Origin: Patescibacteria group bacterium | Lineage (GTDB): Bacteria > Patescibacteriota > Patescibacteriia > Magasanikbacterales > GWA2-37-8 | Reading direction: 5' to 3' | DNA length: 64,000 bases | Assembly: GCA_004321885.1 (NCBI GenBank) | Contig: SCQK01000014.1 | Coordinates: 64,001-128,000, forward strand | Shown here: positions 26,749-35,452 of the stretch, one piece after another | How positions within the stretch are numbered: position 1 is the stretch's first letter | Layout: every line of letters begins with the position of its first letter | Translations under genes and position numbers: made by a program | Notes under the pieces: model-generated | The model's database searches: none | The model's input: only the letters and a program-made list of their open reading frames with translations | What the model was told of the DNA's origin: nothing

Positions 26749-26792
26749 GCTTGGGAAGCAAGCATACTGCCACTGTACTAATCCCGCGATTG

Positions 26793-26865
26793 AGCCGACC
26801 ATGGGACTCGGACCCATAACCTACGGTTTACGATACCGTTGCTCTACCAGTTGAGCTAGGTCGGC
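26793..26865 (-). tRNA. tRNA-Thr(CGU)
   Basis: Acceptor GCCGACC/GGUCGGC, D-arm GCUC-AACUGGUA-GAGC, anticodon stem ACGGU/ACCGU with loop AUCGUAA, T-arm UAUGG-GUCCGAGU-CCCAU... (T-loop variant). Confidence 0.8.
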
Positions 26866-26913
26866 GTTACTGCATACATTTTGCCAGAAAAACTGGCGCG
26901 GGTCAATGACCTG

Positions 26914-26922
26914 TGGTATAAT
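26914..26922 (+). promoter_or_regulatory. extended -10 promoter element (TGgTATAAT) upstream of ftsE
   Basis: TGGTATAAT lies 17 nt upstream of the ftsE ATG at 26939. Confidence 0.4.
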
Positions 26923-26938
26923 ATCGTCATCCCGTCGT

Positions 26939-27619
26939 ATGATTACCATCAGCGGAGTGACAAAAATTTATCCCACCGGCACGCCCGCTTTGCGCAACGT
27001 GAACCTGCATATCAATGCGGGCGATTTTGTTTCTATCGTGGGCCAGAGCGGCACCGGCAAATCCACGCTGGTGAAATTGATGATTGCCGAAGAAAAGCCG
27101 TCCAAGGGCACGATAGACATCGGCGGCTGGGATATCACGCGCATCAGGCGCGGCGACGTGCCGTTTTTCCGCCGGCAAATCGGCGTGGTCTTTCAGGATT
27201 ACAAGCTTCTGCCGAAAAAGACCGCCTACGAAAACATTGCCTTTGCTTTGGAAGTGGCCGGCGAAACTTATCGCCGCATTCACAAAATCATTCCGCAGGT
27301 GCTTGACATCGTTGGTCTCTCGCACAAGCACAACAGCTATCCTTTTCAGCTTTCCGGCGGTGAACAACAGCGCATCGCCATCGCGCGTTCTTTGGTGCAC
27401 CGGCCTAAAATCATCGTGGCCGACGAGCCCACGGGAAATTTAGACGCCATCAACGCGGCCGAGATTGTTTCTATCCTCAAAAAAATAAACGAATTCGGCA
27501 CCACGGTTTTACTGGTCACGCACAACCGCGAAATCGTCAATCATTTGCGCCGCCGCGTCATCACCCTGCACGGCGGAGAAATCGTCAACGACGAACAGGA
27601 AGGAAAATACCGTTTATAG
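26939..27619 (+). CDS. ftsE: cell division ATP-binding protein FtsE
   Basis: Walker A GQSGTGKST, signature LSGGEQQRIAIARSL, Walker [12 protein letters not shown]. Immediately upstream of ftsX. Confidence 0.9.
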   Translation: MITISGVTKIYPTGTPALRNVNLHINAGDFVSIVGQSGTGKSTLVKLMIAEEKPSKGTIDIGGWDITRIRRGDVPFFRRQIGVVFQDYKLLPKKTAYENIAFALEVAGETYRRIHKIIPQVLDIVGLSHKHNSYPFQLSGGEQQRIAIARSLVHRPKIIVADEPTGNLDAINAAEIVSILKKINEFGTTVLLVTHNREIVNHLRRRVITLHGGEIVNDEQEGKYRL

Positions 27620-27620
27620 T

Positions 27621-28529
27621 ATGCTCGCTCTACTGCGCATCATCAAATACGCCCTGCAAGACATTTGGCGCAACATCAGTCTGTCGTTCATGACGGTTTT
27701 TATTTTGGTGCTGATGCTACTTTCGGTAAACACCCTGTGGTCACTGGATGTTTTAACCAAAGAAGCCGTGGGCCTGGTGAAAAAACAGGTTGACGTCAGC
27801 TTTTATTTTTACGCCGGCGCCAATCCCAAAGACGTGGCCGAGATAAAAAAATATCTGGGCTCGTTTCCCGAAGTGGTTTCAGTGGCGGTGCAGTCGCCCG
27901 AGGACGTGCTGAAATCTTTTAAGGAGCGGCACAAAGACGAAAGCGACGTGGAAAACGCTCTGACCGAATTGGGCGAAAATCCGTTCGGTCCCACGCTCAC
28001 CGTGAAAACCAAAGAGCCGAAGGATTACCAGAAAATAATGACGGCGATGAACGTGCCTGAGTACAAAAATTTGATAGAAAAGCGCAGTTTTGAGAATCAC
28101 GAGGCGGCCATAGAACGTTTGCAAAACATTATCAACCGCATAGAAAAAATCGTGCTGGGCCTCACCGCCATGTTCGCCATTATTTCTTTCTTGATTATTT
28201 TCAACACCATCCGCGTGGCCATCAACACCCAGCGCGTGGAAATCAGCATCAAGCGCCTGGTGGGAGCCAGCAATTGGTTTATCCGCGGGCCGTATATAGT
28301 GGAGTCGTTTTTATTTACCTGCCTAAGCGTGGCGGCCACCGTCTTTTTGGTTTTTTTCGCTTTGCAATACCTGGACCCTTATTTGGCCGCTGTTTTGCCC
28401 GCGGGTTCATCCTTGACAAATTACTACAATTCGCATATATTCGTCCTGTTCGGCGTGCAAACAACGGCCGTGCTCCTGCTTACTATCGCTTCCAGCGTTT
28501 TGGCGATGAGGAAGCAGTTGAAGGTGTAA
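27621..28529 (+). CDS. ftsX: cell division permease FtsX
   Basis: TM1, a periplasmic domain and three C-terminal TMs. One-base gap from ftsE. Confidence 0.85.
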   Translation: MLALLRIIKYALQDIWRNISLSFMTVFILVLMLLSVNTLWSLDVLTKEAVGLVKKQVDVSFYFYAGANPKDVAEIKKYLGSFPEVVSVAVQSPEDVLKSFKERHKDESDVENALTELGENPFGPTLTVKTKEPKDYQKIMTAMNVPEYKNLIEKRSFENHEAAIERLQNIINRIEKIVLGLTAMFAIISFLIIFNTIRVAINTQRVEISIKRLVGASNWFIRGPYIVESFLFTCLSVAATVFLVFFALQYLDPYLAAVLPAGSSLTNYYNSHIFVLFGVQTTAVLLLTIASSVLAMRKQLKV

Positions 28530-28530
28530 T

Positions 28531-28601
28531 TCCGGGGTCGTCCAATGGCAAGACAGAGGCCTTTGAAGCCTCTTATCCAGGTCCGAATCCTGGCCCCGGA
28601 A
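28531..28601 (+). tRNA. tRNA-Gln(UUG)
   Basis: Acceptor UCCGGGG/CCCCGGA with the Gln-type U1-A72 pair. Anticodon stem GAGGC/GCCUC, loop CUUUGAA. T-arm CCAGG-UCCGAAU-CCUGG. Short 3-bp D-stem. 71 nt. Confidence 0.65.
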
Positions 28602-28658
28602 CACAGTTAATTGTGCAGTCGCTTTTAAGGCGGCTTTTTGGTATAATGCCAGAATCGT

Positions 28659-29111
28659 ATGGAAATTAATTATTCAAGAGCCAACAGGCGCGATAAGCAA
28701 GATGTTTATGAGCTTAGCTTGTTGTTGAACAAAGGGGACGATACCAAAACAACCAAAGACATAGAAGAATCTGTTAATAGGGCGCTGAAAAATAATTTGG
28801 TGTGGTCGGCGAAAGACGAAGACAGAATCATCGGTTATGTTCTTTGTGAATTGTTTGATGAGACCCAATTGAATTTTCCGAACTCAATTTTTATTTCCGA
28901 ACTTTATGTAGTTGACGCGTTTCGCAAGCAAGGAGTTGGTAAAGAGCTCGTTAAAATGGTGCTATCCAATAAATTTCCAAAAAAGTATTACTATTTTTCC
29001 GTAACACACGATCCTAAGGCGTTTTATTTAACTGATTTTTATAAATCCTGCGGGTTTGAAGAAAAGGGCATAACGAATGCGGGAAATATAAAATTAACGA
29101 GAAAAATATAA
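28659..29111 (+). CDS. GNAT family N-acetyltransferase
   Basis: Acetyl-CoA-binding motif VVDAFRKQGVGKELVKMV (Q/RxxGxG/A). 150 aa. Confidence 0.75.
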   Translation: MEINYSRANRRDKQDVYELSLLLNKGDDTKTTKDIEESVNRALKNNLVWSAKDEDRIIGYVLCELFDETQLNFPNSIFISELYVVDAFRKQGVGKELVKMVLSNKFPKKYYYFSVTHDPKAFYLTDFYKSCGFEEKGITNAGNIKLTRKI

Positions 29112-29128
29112 TTAACATCAAAAATAAT

Positions 29129-29968
29129 ATGGAGAAAACAAAAATCGCAATTTTTAAGGGCAAAAAAGTTCGCAAGATTCTATTTCAAAAAGAGTGGTGG
29201 TTTGTCATAAATGATGTCATTGAAATGTTGACGGATTCAGGTGATCCAGCCCAATACTTTAAGAGATTAAAAGAAAGAGACGAGGAGCTGGCAAAAATCG
29301 TAGACAAAGGGGGGGTACAATTTGTACCACCCCTCATGCTTGTTGTAGAAACTGCCGGTGGCAAGCAAAAAATGTATTGCTGGAATACTGAGGGTATTTT
29401 TCGTCTTGTACAATCAATCCCGTCGCCAAAAGCCGAGCCATTTAAGCGCTGGCTGGCCAGGGTGGGCTATGAGCGTGTGCAGGAAATTGAGAACCCGGAA
29501 TTGGCCACTAAACGAACGCGGATGTTATACAAGTTAAAAGGCTATCCTGATAGTTGGATAGAAAAACGAATGCGCGGCATTGAAGTGCGCGAAACCCTGA
29601 CTGACCAGTGGCAAAAACACGAAGTGAAACTGCAAAAAGAGTACGAAATACTAACCGCCGAAATCGCCCGTGCCACTTTCGGCCTTACTCCAAGCCAGCA
29701 TAAAAAAGTTAAAGGTTTAAAAAGAGAAAATCTGCGCGACCACATGAACGACTTGGAGTTGATTTTTTCCATGCTTGGCGAAGCCGCCACCACGGAAATC
29801 GTCCGCAACGAACATCCGCTTGGATTTGTGAAAAATAAAAAAGTTGCCAAACGCGGCGGCGGCGTGGCCGGTTTGGCCAGAAAGAAGATGGAAATAGAAA
29901 CCGGTAAAAAAGTAGTGAGCAAAGAAAATTATCTGCCGCTGATAAAAAGAAAAAAGCGGTTAAAATAA
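29129..29968 (+). CDS. Bro-N domain-containing protein (phage antirepressor-like)
   Basis: IAIFKGKKVRKILFQKEWWFVINDVIEMLTDSGDPAQYFKRL matches the BRO-N pattern. Confidence 0.6.
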   Translation: MEKTKIAIFKGKKVRKILFQKEWWFVINDVIEMLTDSGDPAQYFKRLKERDEELAKIVDKGGVQFVPPLMLVVETAGGKQKMYCWNTEGIFRLVQSIPSPKAEPFKRWLARVGYERVQEIENPELATKRTRMLYKLKGYPDSWIEKRMRGIEVRETLTDQWQKHEVKLQKEYEILTAEIARATFGLTPSQHKKVKGLKRENLRDHMNDLELIFSMLGEAATTEIVRNEHPLGFVKNKKVAKRGGGVAGLARKKMEIETGKKVVSKENYLPLIKRKKRLK

Positions 29969-29972
29969 TTTT

Positions 29973-31802
29973 TTACTCCCACTCAATAGTTCCGGGTGGT
30001 TTGTTGGTGAGGTCGTAGAAGATGAAGTCCACGGCGTTTAGAGCGTGGATTTTTTTGATGATTTTTTTCAGAGTGGGCGAGGGTATGACGCCAAACGAGA
30101 CGGTCATCGCTTCTTCTGATTCCACGGGTCGCAGGACAATTGATTCGCCGTGCTTGTGCCCAAACGGCACGAGCACCGTGGGCATTTGCCAGATTTTTTG
30201 GCATTGCTTGTCGGTCAAAATGGCGCTGTCGGCGATGTCATCTATTTTTCGCAAAAGGTCCAGCCGTTTTTTGGTAAGATACGCTTTTTTCAGCGTGGCT
30301 TTTGGCAATGATTTTTTGTCGCCGGAAACAAGCAGTAGAACGCGGTTGATGTCTTTGTGGGCGTTGGTGATTTTAGGAGAAAGGGATTGATAATACCCCC
30401 ACCCGGCCTCCCCCTTATAAAGGGGGAGGGGACCTGTGATAACGGCGGGGTGGGCGTAGGAGCGCTCGTCGCCTTGCACGCCCACGGATTTGATGGGGAG
30501 ACGCCAAATTGTTGGCTCCACAGCCCCGACTAAGTCGGGGACTATGGAGCCAGCGTCGTTTGATCCTTCCGAGCACAGACAGCGAATGGCCAGGCCCGGG
30601 CCCGGAAAGGGATGGCGGTTTATCAATTTTTGCGGCAGACCGAGCTTAAGGCCGATGGCGCGCACTTCGTCTTTGTACAAATCCTTAATCGGCTCTATGA
30701 TTTTTCCTTCGGCGATCATTTGTTTTATCCGCGGTACGCGATTGTGATGCGTTTTTATGACGTCGGCGTTTTTGGTGCCGCCCGATTCAATAGTGTCGGG
30801 ATAAATGGTGCCTTGGCCGACCAACCATTTGTCTCCGGTCAATTTTTTTCTACCAGACCCGCCTTTGGCGGGTTCGGCCATTACTTTGTCCACAATATCC
30901 AAAAACAAATCGCCGATGATTTTTCTTTTTTGTTCCGGATCAGACACGCCTTTGAGCGCGGATAAAAATTCTTTTTCGGCGTTATACACCCGCAAGTTGT
31001 CTCCCAGTCGCTTCAGAGCCGCTATGATTTTTTTTGTCTCATCCAACCGCATCAGGCCGCTGTCAATGTGCAAGCCGAAAACCCTTTTTTCGCCAAGCAC
31101 TTTTCGCAATAGGGCGAAACAAACCGTGGAATCAACGCCGCCGGAGACGAGCAAGAAAACATTTTTACCGCCCGCTTCCTTTTTTATATTTTTTTCAATT
31201 TGATCCAGCATTGTCTCTGTCGTCCAGTTTTTTTCCGCCCCGCAAATATTTAAAATAAAATTGGCCAGAATTTTTTTTCCTTCTTTCGTGTGATTTACTT
31301 CCGGATGAAACTGAAAGCCGAAGAACTTTTTTGATAAATTTTGCATGGCCGCCACCGAACGGTTGCCGGTTGAAGCGATTGGCGTAAAACCGAACGGCAG
31401 TTTGTCCACGTGATCGCCGTGGCTCATCCAGACAACGGTATTTTTACTTACGCCCGAAAAAATCGGCGAGGCGCTGACGGATAATTTCGCCAAACCGTAT
31501 TCACGCGCCTTGCCCGATTCAACGCGCCCGCCAAAAAAATCTGCCATCAACTGATGCCCGTAGCACAGACCCAAAATCGGCGCGCTGAGCGTAAAAATTT
31601 TTTTATCAAAAGGCAAACGCGCGTCGCGCACCAGCGAACGCGGACCGCCGGAAAGGATGATTCCACACGCGTTTTTCAATCGTTCGGCTTTGACGTTATT
31701 CGGGTAAATACGTGAAATAACGCCCAGTTCGCGCACGCGACGGGCGATGAGATGGGTGTACTGGGAACCGAAATCAAGGATGGCGATTTCACTTTTTGGC
31801 AT
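29973..31802 (-). CDS. guaA: GMP synthase (glutamine-hydrolysing) GuaA with repeat insertions and internal C-terminal duplication
   Basis: GATase MPKSEIAILDFGSQYT...GLCYGHQL. ATP-PPase SGGVDS. C-terminus KPPGTIEWE. ATG at 31800-31802; the 734-aa track ORF over-extends across the guaB start. Inserts at 30395..30425 and 30514..30551. Confidence 0.9.
   Translation of the reverse strand: MPKSEIAILDFGSQYTHLIARRVRELGVISRIYPNNVKAERLKNACGIILSGGPRSLVRDARLPFDKKIFTLSAPILGLCYGHQLMADFFGGRVESGKAREYGLAKLSVSASPIFSGVSKNTVVWMSHGDHVDKLPFGFTPIASTGNRSVAAMQNLSKKFFGFQFHPEVNHTKEGKKILANFILNICGAEKNWTTETMLDQIEKNIKKEAGGKNVFLLVSGGVDSTVCFALLRKVLGEKRVFGLHIDSGLMRLDETKKIIAALKRLGDNLRVYNAEKEFLSALKGVSDPEQKRKIIGDLFLDIVDKVMAEPAKGGSGRKKLTGDKWLVGQGTIYPDTIESGGTKNADVIKTHHNRVPRIKQMIAEGKIIEPIKDLYKDEVRAIGLKLGLPQKLINRHPFPGPGLAIRCLCSEGSNDAGSIVPDLVGAVEPTIWRLPIKSVGVQGDERSYAHPAVITGPLPLYKGEAGWGYYQSLSPKITNAHKDINRVLLLVSGDKKSLPKATLKKAYLTKKRLDLLRKIDDIADSAILTDKQCQKIWQMPTVLVPFGHKHGESIVLRPVESEEAMTVSFGVIPSPTLKKIIKKIHALNAVDFIFYDLTNKPPGTIEWE
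30514..30551. repeat. family-C palindromic repeat in-frame within guaA (encodes SIVPDLVGAVEP)
   Basis: GGCTCCACAGCCCCGACTAAGTCGGGGACTATGGAGCC is the reverse complement of the copy at 5619..5656. Confidence 0.7.
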
Positions 31803-31857
31803 ACTTGCAATAAAATCGGCTATACTATACCATACAACCAATTTACAGCCAATATTT

Positions 31858-33321
31858 ATGCGTGAAACACTTACATTTGATGATGTTTTGCTGGTGCCGC
31901 AGAAGTCCGACGTTCTGCCCAAAGACGCCCATCTGACCAGTTTTTTAACACACGAAATCAAATTGAATTTGCCGTTTTTGAGCGCGCCCATGGACACGGT
32001 CACCGAACACGGTATGGCTATTGCTTTGGCCCTCTCCGGCGGCCTGGGCATTATCCACAAAAATTTGTCTTTGGAACAGCAGGTAGCCGAGGTGCGTTGC
32101 GTAAAAAGATTTGAAAACGGTTTTATAGAAAATCCGGTTACGGTAAAACCGGATGACAAAATTTTGAAAGTTGACAAAATAAAAAGCGAGCTGGGTTTTA
32201 AGAAAGTGCCGGTCTGCGACGAAGGCGGCCGGCTGGTCGGCCTTATTTCCGACGTGGATTATTATATGCCCGACGACGCCGAGGCGCCGGTGCGGGAAAG
32301 AATGCGCCCGCTTGGCGAACTGAAAATCGCGGTGGGTAAAATTGAACTGGACGAAGCCAACAGATTATTGCGGATGTTTCGCCTCAAAACTTTGTGCGTG
32401 GTGGATGAGAGCGGCAAGTTGGCGAGCATTGTCACGCGCAAGGATTTGGAAAAAAATCAAACCTATCCATTGGCCTGCAAGAACAAGCATAAGCAATTGC
32501 GGGTGGGCGCGGCCATTGGCGCCGGCGAGTTTGCTTTGGCGCGGGCCGACGCCCTGGTGGCGGCCGGCGCCGACGCTCTGGTGATAGACACGGCCCACGG
32601 ACACTCCGAGGGCGTTTTGGAAACCCTGCGCCGGGTCAAGCAAAAATATCCTTATCAGCCGGTGCTCGCCGGCAATATCGCCACCGGCGCCGCGGCCAGG
32701 GATTTGATAGAAGCCGGCGCCGACGCTATAAAAGTTGGTATCGGGCCCGGTTCAATCTGTACCACGCGCGTTGTTTCTGGCGTGGGCATGCCCCAGCTCA
32801 CGGCCATTATGGACGTGGCCGAAACCGTCAGGGCCATGGGCAGCCAAACGCCGCTCATTGCCGACGGAGGCATTAAAAATTCCGGCGATATCGTGAAAGC
32901 CCTGGCCGCCGGCGCCAGCTCGGTGATGATGGGCAATATGTTCGCCGGCACCGACGAAGCCCCGGGCCGCGTGGAATTTTTGAACGGGCGCATGTATAAA
33001 GTCTATCGCGGCATGGGCAGTTTGGAAGCGATGGACAGGGGAAGTAAAGACCGCTATGGCCAATGCGATGTCAGCGAAAAAAATAAGCTCGTGCCCGAAG
33101 GCGTCAGCGGCCGCGTGCCGTACAAGGGCCACGTGGCGCGCATTATTTTTCAGCTGGCCGGCGGGGTAAAAAGCGGCATGGGCTACCTGGGGGCGCGCAC
33201 CATTCCAGCACTTCAGCAAAAAGCCGAATTTATAAAAATTTCTTCGTCAGGCGTGCGCGAAAATCATCCGCACGACCTGCTTTCGTTTGACGCGGCGCCC
33301 AACTACCGCGCCGATGAATAG
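31858..33321 (+). CDS. guaB: IMP dehydrogenase GuaB
   Basis: [18 protein letters not shown]-terminus. CBS pair. Catalytic loop [11 protein letters not shown]. Divergent from guaA with a 55-bp spacer. Confidence 0.9.
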   Translation: MRETLTFDDVLLVPQKSDVLPKDAHLTSFLTHEIKLNLPFLSAPMDTVTEHGMAIALALSGGLGIIHKNLSLEQQVAEVRCVKRFENGFIENPVTVKPDDKILKVDKIKSELGFKKVPVCDEGGRLVGLISDVDYYMPDDAEAPVRERMRPLGELKIAVGKIELDEANRLLRMFRLKTLCVVDESGKLASIVTRKDLEKNQTYPLACKNKHKQLRVGAAIGAGEFALARADALVAAGADALVIDTAHGHSEGVLETLRRVKQKYPYQPVLAGNIATGAAARDLIEAGADAIKVGIGPGSICTTRVVSGVGMPQLTAIMDVAETVRAMGSQTPLIADGGIKNSGDIVKALAAGASSVMMGNMFAGTDEAPGRVEFLNGRMYKVYRGMGSLEAMDRGSKDRYGQCDVSEKNKLVPEGVSGRVPYKGHVARIIFQLAGGVKSGMGYLGARTIPALQQKAEFIKISSSGVRENHPHDLLSFDAAPNYRADE

Positions 33322-33341
33322 CGTTGACAATAATTTTTTAT

Positions 33342-34700
33342 ATGACCGAGCCAATCAATCAAACAGAAACACCAAAGGAACAGCGTAATTTCATCAGGGT
33401 CACAAAAAAAATCGCGGCGATTTTTGTGATACTTTTGCTCATTGGTTTGGGTGCGATGCTTTACGTGGGCGCCCAGGCCGGCCATTGGGCCTATGCTAAT
33501 TTTTTGCATTGGAAAAATAAAAATGCCGGGTCGTTTATTTTTAATCCGGCGCAAAAAATAAAAGACTTGTTTCGGGCGCCGCAAAAAACCGCGCCGGCAG
33601 CCGCGCCGGCGCAAACCGTGCGCGTGGTCAGCGAGGAGTCGGCCGTGATAGATGTGGTAAAAAAAGCCTCGCCGGCCGTGGTCAGCGTCATCGCCAGCGA
33701 GGAAGTGCCCAAATTGGAGCAGTGTTTTGAGGATTACAACAGCGGCTTGCCGCCCCAGTTGCGCGATTTTTTTAATTTTGATTTCCGGGTGCCCGGCTTG
33801 TGCCAGCGCGGCACTGAAATTCAGCGGGTGGGCGCGGCCTCGGGTTTTATCGCTTCCGCCGACGGCTATATTCTGACCAACAAGCACGTGGTGGAAAATG
33901 ATAGGGCCGAGTACACCGTGGTGCTAAACGATGAGAAAAATTTCGGCAAAAAAGTGAAGGCCCTGGTGGTGGCGCGCGACCCCGCTAACGACATTGCCGT
34001 GCTTAAAATAAATTTGAGCGGACTGCCTGAATTGGATTTCGGCGATTCGGATAAATTGCAGGTGGGGCAAACCGCCATTGCCATCGGCTATTCTTTGGGG
34101 CAGTTTGAAAATACCGTGAGCAAGGGAGTGGTTTCTGGCTTGCTTCGCTCCATCACCGCCGCGGGCTCGCGCGCCGGCGCGGAAAGACTGCGCGGCCTGA
34201 TTCAAACCGACGCGGCCATCAATCCGGGCAATTCGGGCGGTCCGCTTTTGGATATCGGGGGCAATGTCATTGGCATGAATGTGGCCGTGGCCGACGCGCA
34301 AAGCATTGGTTTCGCCATTCCGATAAATGCCGTGAAAAAAGTTTACGATGAAGTGAGAACGACCGGCAAAATCAGCGCGGCCAAACAGCCGTTTTTGGGG
34401 GTGCGCTATGTGCCGGTAAATGAAGAACTAAAAAAGAATTATAAATTATCCTACGATTACGGTATGCTTTTGGTGAAAGGCAAAGACGTCAGCGAGCCGG
34501 CTGTGGCGCCGGGTTCTCCGGCCGACCAAGCCGGGCTCAAAGAAGGGGATATTATTTTGGAAGCCGGCGGGAAAAAGTTGGATGAAAGAAATTTGCTTGG
34601 CGATGTGATAGCCGAACGCAAGATTGGCGATGACATTTCACTTTTGGTTTTTAGCGGGGGACAAACCAGAGATATAAAAGTAAAATTGGGAGAAAAATAG
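33342..34700 (+). CDS. HtrA/DegP-family serine protease with PDZ domain
   Basis: Catalytic His (LTNKHVV), Asp (NDIAVL), Ser (GNSGGPL). C-terminal PDZ. Confidence 0.85.
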   Translation: MTEPINQTETPKEQRNFIRVTKKIAAIFVILLLIGLGAMLYVGAQAGHWAYANFLHWKNKNAGSFIFNPAQKIKDLFRAPQKTAPAAAPAQTVRVVSEESAVIDVVKKASPAVVSVIASEEVPKLEQCFEDYNSGLPPQLRDFFNFDFRVPGLCQRGTEIQRVGAASGFIASADGYILTNKHVVENDRAEYTVVLNDEKNFGKKVKALVVARDPANDIAVLKINLSGLPELDFGDSDKLQVGQTAIAIGYSLGQFENTVSKGVVSGLLRSITAAGSRAGAERLRGLIQTDAAINPGNSGGPLLDIGGNVIGMNVAVADAQSIGFAIPINAVKKVYDEVRTTGKISAAKQPFLGVRYVPVNEELKKNYKLSYDYGMLLVKGKDVSEPAVAPGSPADQAGLKEGDIILEAGGKKLDERNLLGDVIAERKIGDDISLLVFSGGQTRDIKVKLGEK

Positions 34701-34726
34701 TCTATTCATTCCGAAGAATTTAAGCT

Positions 34727-35452
34727 GTGAAAATATTTATTCGCGACGACGCGGACCAAAGCGTGTATAACGAAATTTTTAAGCTGGGCGAATATCGCGC
34801 CGCGGACAAAGCCATAAAAAACGCGCGTGAACCCGTTATAGACGTCGGCGCGCACGCCGGCTTTTTTAGTTTGTATTGCCGCGCGCTCAATCCCCAGGTG
34901 AAAATTTTCGCCATTGAACCCGAGCCGGAAAATTTTAAGCAGTTACAAAAACACATCGCGGGCAACAATATTAAGGGCGTGGAGCCGGTGCCAGCCGCTT
35001 TGGCCGGCGAGACCGGGGAGAGGGAGTTGATAATATCCAAAGACAATCATAATCATCGGCTCCGATTACCCCCTCCTCGCCTCCCCCTTATAAAGGGGGA
35101 GGACAATTTCCCTCCCCTTGATAAGGGGAGGGCGAGGGAGGGGTACTGGGTCGCGGCTTTTTCCTTGGGTGATTTTTGCCGGCGTTATAAAATCAAAAAC
35201 GTCGCTTTGCTCAAAATGGACATAGAAGGAGGAGAGGAAGAAACGTTCAAAAGTGCGAGCGCGTCTGATTTGGCTATGGTAAAAAACGTAATTTTGGAGT
35301 ATCATGGTAATAACTTCGCGCCAATAGAACAAAAATTGCGCGAAAACGGTTTTGGAGTACAGAAATTTCCGTCCAAGTTTGATAATAAAATGGGTTTTTT
35401 GTTTGCACGCAATAAAAGGTATGTCTCACCAAGCATGGATAGTGGCGGTTGA
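34727..35452 (+). CDS. FkbM-family methyltransferase (alternative GTG start) carrying tandem in-frame palindromic insertions
   Basis: IDVGAHAGFFS and KMDIEGGE motifs. Insert 35069..35143 encodes PPPRLPLIKGEDNFPPLDKGRAREG. Confidence 0.65.
   Translation: MKIFIRDDADQSVYNEIFKLGEYRAADKAIKNAREPVIDVGAHAGFFSLYCRALNPQVKIFAIEPEPENFKQLQKHIAGNNIKGVEPVPAALAGETGERELIISKDNHNHRLRLPPPRLPLIKGEDNFPPLDKGRAREGYWVAAFSLGDFCRRYKIKNVALLKMDIEGGEEETFKSASASDLAMVKNVILEYHGNNFAPIEQKLRENGFGVQKFPSKFDNKMGFLFARNKRYVSPSMDSGG
35069..35143. repeat. two tandem family-A palindromic repeats in-frame within the FkbM MTase gene
   Basis: CCTCCCCCTTATAAAGGGGGAGG followed by CCCTCCCCTTGATAAGGGGAGGG. Confidence 0.7.

Larger units (their letters stand above)
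26596..26787 (-). tRNA. interrupted tRNA-Gly(CCC) (outer gene, encoded CCA), split by a 113-bp insertion plus 5-bp duplication
   Basis: 5' part GCGGGAUUAGUACAGUGGCAGUAUGCUUGCUUCCCAAGC. 3' part (C)AAGAGAUGCGAGUUCGAUUCUCGUAUCCCGCUCCA. Joined, they give a canonical cloverleaf with anticodon loop UUCCCAA. Confidence 0.5.

Noticed and set aside
26062-26817. 251-aa minus-strand ORF and the 74-aa plus-strand ORF 26595..26819
   Set aside because: One is antisense to the PPIase gene. Both run across three tRNA genes.
28274-28669. 131-aa plus-strand ORF
   Set aside because: Overlaps the ftsX 3' end in another frame and runs across tRNA-Gln.
31803-32177. N-terminal 125 codons of the 734-aa ORF 29973..32177
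   Set aside because: The true guaA start is MPKSEIAILDFGSQYT (ATG 31800-31802). The upstream extension runs antisense across the guaB start and has no GATase similarity.
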